NCBI GenBank assembly: GCA_001600695.1
Contig: BCKQ01000001.1
Location: forward strand, 1,405,950 to 1,469,949
Source of the DNA: Ascoidea asiatica JCM 7603
Taxonomy: Eukaryota > Fungi > Ascomycota
Direction: 5' to 3'
Length of the DNA: 64,000 nucleotides
The position numbers were made by a program, and so were the translations under genes. Below are positions 45,644 to 58,948 of this stretch, piece after piece (the stretch's first letter is position 1; the number at the start of each line of letters is the position of its first letter). The notes beneath the pieces were generated by a model, which had not been told where the DNA came from, did no database searches, and saw only the letters and a list, made by a program, of their open reading frames with translations.

Positions 45644-47708
45644 ATTTTTAAATTTTTGTTTATATATAATTTATTATTTTTTTTAAAAATTTTTTTTGTT
45701 TATTAATGCTGTGTTTATTGTGAATATTCTTTATTCTATACATTTTTATTTGTTTATTGCTTGCTAAATTTTTTAATTATAGTATCATCACATTCTTTCC
45801 TTTAAAGTTAATTGTTAATTCCCTTGTTATTTTATTTACACTAGTTTTCATTTCAGTGCGTTTTTTTTTTCAATTTTATTTTTTAGTGTTTTTTTTTTTG
45901 TTTTCGTTATTATTATTTTTCAAAAAAATAAAAAAAAATTTATGTATTATAGAAAATAATTATAAATAATTTAATCAATACATTAATTATATTTATTAGT
46001 CAATCATTCAATCTATTATGTAATTACTTGTATTCAATTCGGTTTTTTGTTTGAAAATACTTGAGAGGGAATTGAAAAAAAAAAAAATTAAATGAATCTG
46101 GCCGCCATAATTGGGTTGAGTTGTTAAGTACTTGTATTGAGTAATAATACTTCTGACTATTGAGGATCTGCGAAAAGAATCAATTGAAATTGATATTATG
46201 TGTTAAGAAGGTATTAATGATGAGCAAGAAGAAAATACCTTTATGAAATTATTATCAGTGGTCAATAATTAATAATATTTCAAAATGAGTAGAAGTATTA
46301 AAGTATCTTAAAAGGAAGATAAATTGTGAAAATGTGCAAGATGAGAGGAATTTAAACTAAATTACGATACGAGTTAACAAACCAGGAAGAAATCAGAAAA
46401 AAAGAGATGAAAAAAGATGAAAAAAGATGAAAAGAGATGAAAAGAGATGGAAAAAGAAGGTGTATACAATTCATTGATGTTCAATGATTCCAATAGTGAT
46501 GAATTTTGAGTATTCACCTATGGTATTATTTAAAAATACGAGAGAATTTAACATTACTTACTTCATTACATCTCAAAAGGTAAGTAACCAACTTACTTGT
46601 CTAGTGACTTGTATGAGCAATGAGAATATTACAGAATATTGTAGAAAATCAATTTGATAAAATTCTTTATGTTGGTGTTCACAAGTTAAAATAAAAATTT
46701 AAGCGAAATGAATGATTAATCACAATGTTATTCATAAGAAGTAATGAATGAAAATTTTTCATTTTATAGGGTATTCAAAAATGTTTTCAAAAGAGTTTTA
46801 AACAAGTAGTGACTGTGACTGTGGTATTCAAACTCTTTACACCTTTCACATTTTCATTATCAGAGAGATAAGAGATGATACACACATGCTTATCGTAAAC
46901 TGAAATAGAAGACAAAAGCAAATTATCAATGTGATATATTACAATGAGTGGTTTTATCATTTTCAGATCGTATTTGAATAAAAGCTAGCTAACAATTCCA
47001 ATAAAGCAAATCAAACATCAAACAATTGAAGCAAACTACTCAAAGTAAACAATTCTAGGCGAATAATCGAACCGAATAAATAAAGCAAATAACTCGAATA
47101 AAGCAAGTTTTGAAACGATGCTGAGGATTTGAGGGAACGAAAGATCCATTATTTTGCTCCTTTGTGCCGGTCCCAGGGGGCTTACACGGGTGTGGATAGA
47201 CACAAATAGTGCCGAGGAGTGCATTTTGGTGGTAGCTGCCTCAATACGACAGGGGATTTTTATTCGTCAACTCTCTATCTTTTAATTAGTGGAGAATAAA
47301 GAAAGAAGATTCAAGATTTAAATTCCAATATTATATTATTTATTGATCATTTATACTTATATTCGTGTTTATATCTATTGATTGAGATTCACATTCATAT
47401 TCTCAAATAATTTACGAAACAAACAAGTTTGCTTATTTGCAATTAAGTTCTCTGTCTTATTATTGAAGTTTGCTCAATTGAATCAAATAAAATTGAAGTT
47501 CATAATGATTTCATTTTAACGTTTTATTACTTTTTTATATTGCAAATTTCATTTACAAGTACTTATCTATTTACGAGTTTACAAAATTGAATTGAATTAA
47601 AAGAAAAAAAAAAATTTTAAATTTGGTTAGAATATGTTTAATTATTGATTAGTTTTTGAATATTTGTGAATTTTTTATTTTATTATTTTATCATTAGTTT
47701 TTATAGTT

Positions 47709-49181
47709 TCATTCGGATTGATGTGTAAGTACGCTATCCAATTCAAAACTATCATTATAATTATTATGATTATTATGATTAATTTCATTATTTTCATTAT
47801 TCTCATTATTTAGATTAGAGTTATTTAAAGATAAATATTGAGAATTTTCATAATCTTCTTTTGGAATACCAATTAAATAAAGATAAAATTCTAATAAAGA
47901 TAAAATCCAAAGATAAATTAAAAAAGCTGCGGATGTAATTACCATAATATATGCAGAATGATCAATATGAAATGAATTAACTAATTTCAATTGCTCTTCA
48001 TTTGCAGACATGAATAATAAACCAGATTCAACTAAACCAAAAGAAGGTAAATATTGAAATGATAAAATTTCATTTAAATATGATTTTTTATCTTTTAAAA
48101 TAAATGAAATTTCTATAATTCTTGAAATTCCGGATAAAATTAAAGATAAACCAAAAAAAAAATGAATTTTTGTACTTAATTCTAATTTTTGAACATGAAC
48201 ACTCATTGCCCAACCTGTAAATATTAAAATTAATGAAGGTATAAAACTTCTTTTATTTTTTCTTGATAAAAAAATTCCAAGTAAACCACCAGACCACCAA
48301 ATTATACCCATTGAAGTATGTTGAAAATCTGAATGACTCCAAGGTTCTTTACCCCATCTATGTTCAGTCCAAGTATTTACAAAACCCCAAGCTGTGATAA
48401 CAATTGAATCATAAAATTCTTGAGAATTTTTCTGATTTTTACCAGTTCTTAACCATGGTATAATTAAAATTATTGCCATTATTGAACCATATAAAATAAA
48501 TGAACTACCCATTATACCATGAGCTAAACATTGTCCAGTATGAGAATCTCTACAAAAACCTAATAAAGCAATAGGAGCTAAACAAATTTTAACCCAACCT
48601 GTTAATAAAGTTAAAATTGATAAAATTTTATGTAAAATTATTAAATTTTTTTCAGTTGATTTAATATAAAAATTTTCAAAAATTTTATTTTTATTTAAAA
48701 AATTTGAACCATTTGATAAAGAACCTATAAAAGATGTTAAACATGATAAAATCATTAAAAACCATGCAGTTCCTCTTGAAGTTCTATTTTCAATATTATT
48801 TGAATCTGGAAATCTTAAAAAAATAGCTTCCAAGATTGAATAAATAGTTGAAATATATTGAATAAAAATAAAAGAAATATGATAATTAGCTAATGAAAAA
48901 ACCATTGAAATTGAAGGTAATATTAATAAAAAAAATAAAGATGCTAATAAATGAAACACTTTTGATCCAACATTTTTAGGATGAGAAGTATCTGAATCAT
49001 TATCTGAACTCATATCCATACCCATATCCATATCCGAAATTGAATTTGAAATTGAATTAGGAATTGAAATTGCAGAAGAATCTGGGGATGCAGTAACTAA
49101 ACAGCCAAGAAATAAGATGAGCAAATAACTCCACAAAAGTGAAGAATGCTTATTTTTAACAGGAAAAGGAATTGAAATCAT
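47709..49181 (-). CDS. YTP1: Polytopic membrane protein Ytp1
   Basis: Signal peptide, MDMGMD, GSKVFH, LEAIFLRFPD..ENRTSRGTAWFL, GWVKICLAPIALLGFCR, GQCLAHGIMGS, TEHRWG, QHTSMGIIWW. Confidence 0.92.
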   Translation of the reverse strand: MISIPFPVKNKHSSLLWSYLLILFLGCLVTASPDSSAISIPNSISNSISDMDMGMDMSSDNDSDTSHPKNVGSKVFHLLASLFFLLILPSISMVFSLANYHISFIFIQYISTIYSILEAIFLRFPDSNNIENRTSRGTAWFLMILSCLTSFIGSLSNGSNFLNKNKIFENFYIKSTEKNLIILHKILSILTLLTGWVKICLAPIALLGFCRDSHTGQCLAHGIMGSSFILYGSIMAIILIIPWLRTGKNQKNSQEFYDSIVITAWGFVNTWTEHRWGKEPWSHSDFQHTSMGIIWWSGGLLGIFLSRKNKRSFIPSLILIFTGWAMSVHVQKLELSTKIHFFFGLSLILSGISRIIEISFILKDKKSYLNEILSFQYLPSFGLVESGLLFMSANEEQLKLVNSFHIDHSAYIMVITSAAFLIYLWILSLLEFYLYLIGIPKEDYENSQYLSLNNSNLNNENNENNEINHNNHNNYNDSFELDSVLTHQSE

Positions 49182-51343
49182 TTCTAAAGATTATTATCAG
49201 TAACCAAGGAACAAAATAACTTTTTTCATTTAATAAACAATAATGAATAACCTAAAAAAAGAATTGAAATATATAAGAATATATTATTTTCTCAAGTCAA
49301 TGATTAAATATATTAAACCCCATGAATAAATACAGTATATTAATACAATCAATGTAAATAAAGAGAAAATTGCCAGAATGCTGCTGAACCAAATTATTGT
49401 TAGGCTATTGCGGCTAGCTTTTTGCAATGCTGCACCTGAGACTAGCCAGTAACAATATTAGTGGTACTGTAACTGTTACTGGAGCTGGAGCTGGAGCTGA
49501 GTCTGGAACCATTTAAAAGTGCCGAGAGACCACATCCACGGGTCTCCTTTCATGGACTAATGAAAACAATTTTGAAATATCGTTTTTAATGGGAATAGAA
49601 ATGATAATCAGAAGAGTAAATGAGGATTGTAGTTGAAGGCGAAGAGTAATCAGTTGGATTTACTTCCAGGGATATAATTCTAAAGTTCTTCTGTAAGTAA
49701 TTATTTGAAGGTGGATACCCAAACACTCCTATGTTAATTGAATCAAAAGATGAAAACATTAAATAGCAAAATGATAAGTTTTAATGAATATAATGAAATT
49801 AATTTTTCATTATTAGTATTTATAAATAGTGAAGGATTCTAAGAAGTGAAACTTTTCAAAATAGAAAGTAAATAACAAAATTAAAAATTACTTTTAAATT
49901 TGAAAAATTTTATTCATTGGAAAAAAATAGTTGATCTAATTGAGATGGACATATTTTTTGAAAATTTATTGCTTTTGAAATACTGATTTCTTTTACAGAA
50001 TTTATTTTCTTAAAGAAATTATTTCTCAGATCTGAATAACTTAGAATATGAGCAAAGGATATTTTTATTTTTCCATATTCAAAATAGCTTTTTGAAAATT
50101 TCAGTATTCTGGTAAATTTTTAAATGATTAGATTAATTGCTGATTGTTGTTATTCTCCAAAATCAAATCTAACAATATGATTCTGAAAACACAAAACATG
50201 CAACTTCAAAAACTTCAATATATAATCACAATAATCAATATGCCATGAATAAGATTGTAATTTTTGCAATCTTTGAGAGTACAAAGTATTGATTTAATTT
50301 GAAAAAAAAGTTTGTGAGATTTGAAATAAACATATACCAATAAAATAGATATGTACAGTAAGTATGTTTATAAAAGTCTGGTGAATTCATATTTCCTGAT
50401 TTGAAAACCAAAGTAAAGATTTACATATTTGACAATTTCATGAATCCAATTTGATGATAAACTATTGAACTTTGAAAATACTTAGGATTTAAATGATTTC
50501 TTTAATTATTATTTCCAGTTTGAAATGGAAAACTAATTTTAATTTGAATTTGAATTTATCATTAAAGAACTTTAACATTGGAAAATCTTTCATTCAAGTA
50601 CCATTTGTATTTAAATCTGAATTCTTTTTGACAACACATTTTTTGTTAATCAGATTGATTTTTTCCAGAACACTGTAATGCTGTATCTTAAAATACTGCC
50701 CTCATCTCAGATGTAACTTTACAAAACTTTTCTAACCTGTCTATTAGTAGCAGCTGGTGAATTGTATTTGCAATCGCATTGCATTGGCAATTACAAATTG
50801 AATTAAATTCTCAAATAAATTCTTGGAGCCAAGACCCTTCTTCTGTCCCTTTGAATAATTTTTGTTCCCGAAAATGAGAAAAAAAGTATCCAGGTTCAAG
50901 TAATGCAAAACTGCTGCAAACCGCTTCTATTTGCATCTGCACTCTAAGTTTTATTCGAGTCGGATACTGTCTCAAAGAACGTAGAAAAACGCAGTAATTC
51001 TGTACACAGTCCCCAGGGGTGTCCATAGAAGGTTCCCAACCTAGGTGACCCAAATTGTTTGTTGTTTTCAGTTTGTAATATACCATATTGGTTTTGAGAT
51101 TTAAAAATATCCCAGTGAGATTGAATATCAAAATTATACAGCTAATTTTAGTCAAATTTCCATTTTGGCTGTTCTTCTTGGTAAACCTAATAAACCCAAA
51201 CGATGCCTTGAAAAAAAATATCAATATTAAAAACGTTTTGGACACTAAAACCAGGAATGTTAACATTGAAAATCATTTAATGTAGATTTGGAAATACACC
51301 GTATTTGGAATGTGGCAAGTGAGAAATAGGACAGTGGCTAGTT

Positions 51344-51388
51344 CAGTGTACAGTGTACAGGTCAATGTACACTGTACACTGTACACTG
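51344..51388. repeat. Perfect 16-bp inverted repeat made of 7-mer TGTACAC units
   Basis: CAGTGTACAGTGTACA (51344-51359), 6-nt loop, TGTACACTGTACACTG (51366-51381), plus one further unit. Confidence 0.9.
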
Positions 51389-53241
51389 TGTATTTGTCCC
51401 CTTTCTGGAACCACAGTTCCATAGAAACCACTTCAAAGTCTGGTAAACCTTAACTTAATCCCTTTCTTGTGCTTCCAATTATCCGAACCCATGGATATTT
51501 AAATCCGTAAGTATGGGTTTGAGCCCTGGTAAGTTTTTGGGACAGAATTAATCACGGAAGTTCCTGTTGTAGATGCATTGTTGTTGCTACAGTACTGCAC
51601 TATACAGTTGGCTTCAAAGCTAAAACTTACCAAAAATAGCCATTTTCAAGTCTAGGCTACCCCGTGACTTGAACCCCCTTTTTGCCAATTTAGACCCCAA
51701 TTTAGTCACGTATTTATTCGAGACCGGCCACTAGGGTCACCTCGTTTTACTTTTGACGCGTACCTTGTTCATTATTTCTTCTGTTTACATTTTTTTGTTT
51801 ACATTTATCTACTTTGGGCTCTTTCGCGTCTGGAATGAGTTCGTCTAGCTTCAACTCTTATATTCTTTGCCTTGGCTCATTGAAATCTACCAATCTCCCA
51901 GCATGTTAACAAAACAACCCTGGAACTTCAGAGCTTTGACGAGTCGATGTAAAAGGAAAAGAAGCCAAATATAAAAAAACATTTATTCTTCATATTCTTC
52001 ATTCATCATAATAACAACAATGATAATAATATAATTAACAAATAATAGTGAATATTCTTATTCATATTCTTTAATAACTTCATTTATTTCAAGTTTCTCG
52101 TAAAAGTAATTATTATATCTTGTAAACTCACATTGTGAAAAAAGAATAAATAACAAAAAGCCAAAAAACCAGTAATACAAAATTTTAATAAAAAACCATG
52201 CTAGAACGAACATAAATAAATGTCATTTACTTATTCAATTCTGATACTTTTATTAACTAAGTTCAATAAAAATAATCATTTATCTCGCCATTATTGATTT
52301 TTTGAATGTTATTTGACGTTGTTAGACTACAATAGTTATTCTTCTTTATATCTCAAACTTATACAACAATTATATTAATAATAATAACAATAATAATATA
52401 TTTATAACATACATCATATCATATCATATCATTTCTTATATCTTACACTTCATATCATCGAAAAGAATTTAATTTATTCTTTAATTTGATCTTTTCAATT
52501 ACGTGTAATCATAAAACTAACCTCTTCTACAAATATAAATATTCAATTAATTAACCTATATTTTATTTTAATTTATTTTCATTTCATTCAACTAATTAAA
52601 TCTAATTATCTAAGATATTAAACATTTCTGAAATATATTACAATATATATTGTATATATATAAAATATAAATATCAATATCAAATCAATATATAAATAAA
52701 TAAAATATATAAAGCAGTAATATATCTATTACTTTTACGGTATCATTAAACTTCCAACATTAAACAGTTTATTCTTGTCATATTCGTTCCTATTCTCCCT
52801 TTAATTTCAATCAAATTTAATTACATTCAATACAGTCCAATTAAATTCAATTAAATCTGATAATCAATTTTATTTCTATTCAAAAAAATAAGAATTAAAA
52901 AAAAAAAATAAAGGAAATTATTAATCAACTCAAAGCAAATTAGAAAATTTAAAAATTTACTTAAGAAAATATTAATTATCTTATTACTCATACTCAAAAC
53001 AATAAAATTATTTTAAATTTTCCTTTTTTATCACTTACTTTAATAATAAAAAAAACTTTTTTTTAGGTCAAGTTCATTTTCACTACTTCTTAAAGTTTAA
53101 AACACCACATCACTCACTTTTTTTTTTTTTTTTTTTTTTCACCCAAGAATTCATTAACTCTCTTTCTCTTTCACTTTCTATCTCTCTCTCTCATACTCTT
53201 CCTTTTATACTTTACTTGATTATTATTCTTTTATATATATA

Positions 53242-54243
53242 ATGTCATTTTATCCAAAAAATAAAAATTATTATTCTTCTGATGATGATGATGATTATGA
53301 ATGGGAAAAAGTAAGTATAGATGAAAATTTACCAGGCTCATATCCATTTAATGATAATCAATCTACAGTTGCTGACTATTCAATAAATAATAACATAAAT
53401 TCTAATCCAAATCATACTCATAATCACAATCATAATCATCAATCTCATAATAATAGTAATCCATATTATCCTCCAAATCAACCAAATAATTACGATAATT
53501 TCTTAAAAAACTTTTATCAATACTCTTCAGATTCAGATTCACCTTCAATTTCAATGGGTAAAAATAATAATAATAATAACATTTCAAACAATAATAATAA
53601 TAATAGTAATGCAAATAATAAAAATCAAAAAAAAAAACATTTTGAACCTGTTCAGGTTTCAATTTATGATGATAATATAACACCTTCTTTTCAATTTCCA
53701 TATGAAGCTGTAAAAAATTGGATGGGTTTTCAAATGGCTATAGAAGCTGCTTATCCTTCTTATATTCCTCAAATTAAAAAAAGAGAATTAAGTTTAATTT
53801 CCAAAGAACAAAATGCTGCTTTTATTCCAAATCATTATGAAACTTTTATTAAACCAGGTTCAAAAATTGCAATTAAATTTAAAAGACCAATAAGAAAAAA
53901 TAAAAGATCTTCAATTAATAATTCAGTTTCAAATAATACACCTTATAATAATGACAATTATATTACTAATTTATATGAAAATGCTGCTTTAGAAGAACCA
54001 AATCTTATGAATGTTCCAATGAGTAATGAATTACCTGGTTCAATGAATAATGATCAATTTCATTCTCCTTATGAAGCTGTATCAAATAATTCAATCATTC
54101 CTGATGCTTCAATTACTTCTCCAAAAAGATCAGTTTCATTTAAGAAAAATCATGTTGATATTCCAAGTTCAAATAAAAATAATAATTCAAATGGCCGTCA
54201 TTTTGGTTTAAGCAGACGAGCATTATCTTGGATTGCCCAATAA
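53242..54243 (+). CDS. Hypothetical protein with a central fungal ubiquitin-like domain
   Basis: Good ATG context and host-like codon use. FQFPYEAVKNW.GF...I..AY...L.LI......IP..YETFIKPGSKIAI resembles the fungal ubiquitin-like domain pattern (FPF..C.TW..M..LI...F...YDL......ILP..WE..I.PG..I.M). Flanks are disordered. Confidence 0.6.
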   Translation: MSFYPKNKNYYSSDDDDDYEWEKVSIDENLPGSYPFNDNQSTVADYSINNNINSNPNHTHNHNHNHQSHNNSNPYYPPNQPNNYDNFLKNFYQYSSDSDSPSISMGKNNNNNNISNNNNNNSNANNKNQKKKHFEPVQVSIYDDNITPSFQFPYEAVKNWMGFQMAIEAAYPSYIPQIKKRELSLISKEQNAAFIPNHYETFIKPGSKIAIKFKRPIRKNKRSSINNSVSNNTPYNNDNYITNLYENAALEEPNLMNVPMSNELPGSMNNDQFHSPYEAVSNNSIIPDASITSPKRSVSFKKNHVDIPSSNKNNNSNGRHFGLSRRALSWIAQ

Positions 54244-55097
54244 TTTATTTGATATTTTTATTTCATCTAATTTATCACGTCTTTGTTTCTCAAATTTTAT
54301 CTTTTTTTACTATATAAATTCAAAAGTTTTTCAAAGATATTATAATAATATCTCCTTTAATAATCTAGTTTAAGATGAATTCAATTGAAAACCATATTTT
54401 CAAATTTCATATTAGTCTAATTTGTCTTCGGTATTCAAGATTCATTATTTTTGTTAGCTAATTTATTTTTTAAGACATTTTATTTTATTTTTTATTTCAC
54501 ATGTCTTTCATCATTCTATTTATCATATAATTGGCTTAAGTTTTATTTTTTGTGTGTTCACCTCTGGTTTTTTCTTTTTTTTTACTCTAAATATTTTCTC
54601 TTATATTTTCAATTCTTTTTTTTACCTAGTATACTATATATATTACAAAAAAATAAAAAAAAAATTCAAAAACTTTAATTAGTTCTCATATTATAGATGA
54701 GGTCAATAAACTCTAATGGAGCTTTCAAGTCGACAATCAATGGCTCTGCTCTCTATTTTTATAAAAAAAATAACCGAAATAAACAAATGAAAATTGAAAG
54801 AAATGTTTCAACTTGTTCGGTAATTAAAAATATTATCTGACAGGTTGAAAAGTTTCGTAAACGATATTTTTTGTATCATTTATTAACACATAATTTTTTC
54901 TGGGTCGAAATTCTTCACAACAGTCAACAAAATTGTTTACTAAAAATATTAAAAGTAAAATTAATTGATTTAGAAAACTAAAAATAAATAAAAAATACAA
55001 AGAAAAATAAAATTTGAATACAGAAAAAAAACTGTAACAAAAAGAACAAAAAATGAAAAAAATAAAGTTCATCAATCCATATATAAAAATAAAAAAA

Positions 55098-58000
55098 TCA
55101 AGCTTTTCTCAGAGTGCTTTCAGCTTCTTCCTCAATTGTATCAATTCCACCTCTTACATAACTTCCTGGAATATTTGTTTCTGCGTTAAGAATTGGGGCA
55201 GAGTTTGATTTCTGTGAAATCATACCAAGATCATTACCGGTCAGATTCTTTCCAGTAACTGCATCATAATATCCAGTGTAATTATCACCAGAGTCAGTAG
55301 TATAATTTTGTTGAGTCTGATTTCTTCTGGTATTCTTATTCAAATCATTCATAGAGCTACTTATTCTGGTTCCATCACTATTGAAATTATTTGTGTTGTT
55401 AATGAAATCAACATCCTTATTCTTATTGGTTAAATCTGATTGAATAAAATTATTATTGTTTGACCCGTCTTGATTGAAAGCACCACTAGTTTGCTCTAAT
55501 TGAGGCTCTGAAATATCTTGTTTTTTAGTCGAATCTCTTCCAAGAACAGTATCAATTACAGCTCCTAAAATACTTGTTTTGGGAGCAGATTTTGGCTGAC
55601 CGACAGTACTGGAGTTTTGTCGAGTATCAAAATCTTGATCAAGACCTTTGGAGTTATCATTTGAAACTAAACCTGAATTCTGATTTCCACCTTCAACAAA
55701 ATCTCCTTGGTATGATGGTTCTGAATAGTTTTGATTTACTGGTGAAGCACCTTCTATAGGTGAGGTTTCAGAAAAATTTTCAAGTCCATTTCCAGTTGCT
55801 GTAGAATATTCCTGAGAGTTGAAATCGTTTCTATTGTTTTGACCAGTTGATGAAAGAAAGTTAAGTGGTGGTTGATTTGAAGAGTAGGTTTTGACATTAT
55901 TTGGAGAATTAGTCGAGACTGCCTGGTTTACATCATTTCCTATTTCAATTTGATTTACCGTATTATCTTGTTCAGAAAACATGTTTTTGGGAGTACTTTC
56001 CTCAAAGGCATTTTGTTGTGAAAGCATGTTTGTTGGTGGCTCTGTATAATATTCATCTGAAGGCCCTGGTAAAGATTGCTTACCAACTGTATTGGAGTTA
56101 CTGATAGAATCTGACCGAGCTCTTGTAGTATTCGAGAAGCCTTTATTGAAATTACTAGTTTCAGCTCCAGAATTGGAATTTTTTGATCCCATTAAAGAGC
56201 TAGAAGCGACACCAGCTAAACCGGAAGCTGCTAAAACACCAGAAGAAGAAGTTTTCCCAGAATTGAGAGGATCTGATTGATTAAAACCATGCAATTGTTT
56301 TCTTGAAACATTACTATTTGAAGGTTCATTGCTGGCTAAAATATTGCCTCTCCTTCCAGTTGTTGGTATATTGGATCCAGTATTAATATTTGTGTTTATA
56401 TTCTCAGAATAACCTTTAGGACCAGTACCTGAGTGTGAAATTGCACTTTGAGCAGCTAATGCAGCAATTGGATTACTATTATCTTGCCCTTTTGTTGGAT
56501 ATTTAACTTCATTAGTTTTTATATTATCCAGTTTTCCAATTTTTGGTTTTGCATTGAAACCACTAGATTCAGTTAAAGGATCATTTGATATATTACTTTT
56601 TCTTTGATTTTTTAGACCTTTATGAGAAGAACCTGAAACTATTTTCTGATCAATAGTGGATTTACTAAGGGGAAATCCTGAATTAGCCATACCTTTATCA
56701 CCTTTATGTTCAAGACCACGATTAACAGTTGGTTCCACAGAATGTGCTTTATCATTTACCATTGCTTTCCTACGAAGTTCTCTTGTTATTGCACTATCAC
56801 CCTGAGAACTAGATCTGATTCTGGTATTTGTATCTTCTAGAATCTTCTTGTTATAGTCTTTTTCCTTTCTATTTCTTATTGGAGTGGATTTTTGCTTCAA
56901 ATACTGATTTTTCGCAAGTTCATAATCATTATTTTCACCAAAGTCTGAATTTCTTGTAGCACTATAACTAGGAGAGACTCCACCAATGTTAAGAGGAGCT
57001 TGGTTTTCCATATAAGTTTGATTATCATCTGGAAGTTGAGTAGATACACCACCTGCAGCAACATTGGTATTACCAATATTTTTAGTATTTGTTAAAGAAT
57101 CAGGCTGAACAGGATTTGAATGTTGATTTGCAGAAATATTATCATTGAAGCCATTATTATCAGAAGTTAAAACATCAGAATTAGTTTGATCATAAATTGG
57201 ATCTTGATTTAAACTTTGATCCGTATTTTGCAAGGCAGAGTCTTTATCTGCAGTATTGTCAGTTTTATTGAAAAGTGCAGCAGAAAGTCCACCAACAATA
57301 CCACTAATTCCCATTGTTTCCATTAAACTACTTTTTCTTTCCCCAACATGAGATTCAGAATTTAACGAAGTATTATTTTGATCAACAGTTGAATTAAGGT
57401 TCTCCATATTATTATTACCAGTAAGGTTTTTATCATAATTATCTGTGATAGGATTGCTTGTTTCATATTCTGTAGGTCCTGTAACATTTGAGGCAAATTT
57501 AGGATCTAAAGTATTATTGACGTTACCAGAGTTTGATACTGTTGTATTTTCAGCATTAATATTGTTATCTGATCTTTCATTACCAATAATGCCAGTTCCA
57601 AGTCCAGCCTTTGGTGAATATTGTTCATCATATCCAGAAGAATTTGTTGCTGTGTTGTTGAAATTTCTACTATCTTTATTTCTAGAAGCATTATAAGCTG
57701 CTCCAGAAACAATTCCAGTACCCAAACCAAGTTTAGCGTTATCATTTGCACTAAAATTAGTTCCTTCATTTCTTGAGTTGTTAGAGTTATTGTTGTAGCC
57801 TAATTGGTTATCAGCATTTAAAGTTTTAAGATTATTTTGAGTTTTGTAACCAGCTAAATTATTTCTTTTTGCATTTAAACCATTTGTATAAGAATTAGAA
57901 GCCAAGGTACTTGATTTCAGAGATCTAGTACTTGAATCATCAAAAGGAACTTCATTTGAACTTAAAGCTCCGGAAAGATTCTTATTTTGAGATAACTCTT

Positions 58001-58948
58001 GATTGCCCTTAGAGTATCCTTCATTTTCAGAAATTTCTTCATTGTTGTTAGAAGTCTTTTTTCCGAACATTGAAGAAATTAATCCAGCCCCTAACCCAGC
58101 CCCTAACCCAGCACCCACTCCAGTACCTGATCCAGTACTTTCTTCAGTACCTACATTGGCTCCAGCACCAGAAGTAGGAGCAGAAGATGCAATATTTGTA
58201 GATTTAAGAGTGTTTCCTGCATTATATTGAGAATTATCATAATCTGTAGCAAGAGGGGTTACATTATTGTCAATGTTTCCATTATCACCAATACTTTCAG
58301 GACCTTTTGCTGTATTGGGACCAATATCATTTTCCAAATTGGAATAATTACCTGGAATTTGATTAGTCGTTGAACCCATTTCTTCACTTGAAAGGGGAAC
58401 TCCATTAGAATGTAATCCTGAAGTACCCGCGTAAGTATTTTGAGGTTTTTCAACCATTTGTTCTTGAGTTCGAGTGACTTGAGGATCTTGAAACACTTCT
58501 TCCCCATTGGAATTCAAAACCACATTCCTTTGAAGTCCAGGATCAACAATATTTGATTCATTAGAATCCAAAGAATGAACATTTTTTTCCTCTCCTAATT
58601 CAGAATTGCTTGAATTTTGATTTTTATTTCTCGAAAATGCTGTCCAACCAGTTCCTTTTACCGCCTTTAAACCTTGCTTTCTCCTTTTAATATTGTAAAG
58701 ATGAAAAAACAAGGCACCTAGAAGAAAAAGTATTAATAAGGGAATAACGACACACAAAGTAATCCACCATTTTCCTCCACCATGAGGATGAGAACTAGAA
58801 GAAGATTCTGAATCTGCCCTTTTTTCTATAATTTAAAAAAATTCAAACGTCAGTTAATAAAATAATTCCAACAATTTTTCAAATTTAAAGAACAAATCTA
58901 ACTTTAAAAAAAATACTTACCAAATTTCATATAATAAATTGTACCCAT
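55098..58948 (-). CDS. Large single-pass membrane protein with a long disordered N/S/G-rich tail (exon 58948..58921, intron 58920..58826, exon 58825..55098)
   Basis: ATG at 58948, GTAAGT donor at 58920, CTGAC branch-like motif, TATAG acceptor at 58826. The spliced N-terminus MGTIYYMKFEKRADSESSSSSHPHGGGKWWITLCVVIPLLILFLLGALFFHLYNIKRRK is in frame with the 1219-aa ORF and gives a TM helix followed by a basic cluster. Confidence 0.8.

Noticed and set aside
46150-46275. Coding-like + strand stretch with an internal stop (TIEDLRKESIEIDIMC*EGINDEQEE)
   Set aside because: Too short, with no recognisable homology, to call a pseudogene.
51655-51700. GGTTCAAGTC B-box/T-loop-like motif on the minus strand (possible tRNA)
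   Set aside because: No pairing T-stem, acceptor stem or D-arm could be built.
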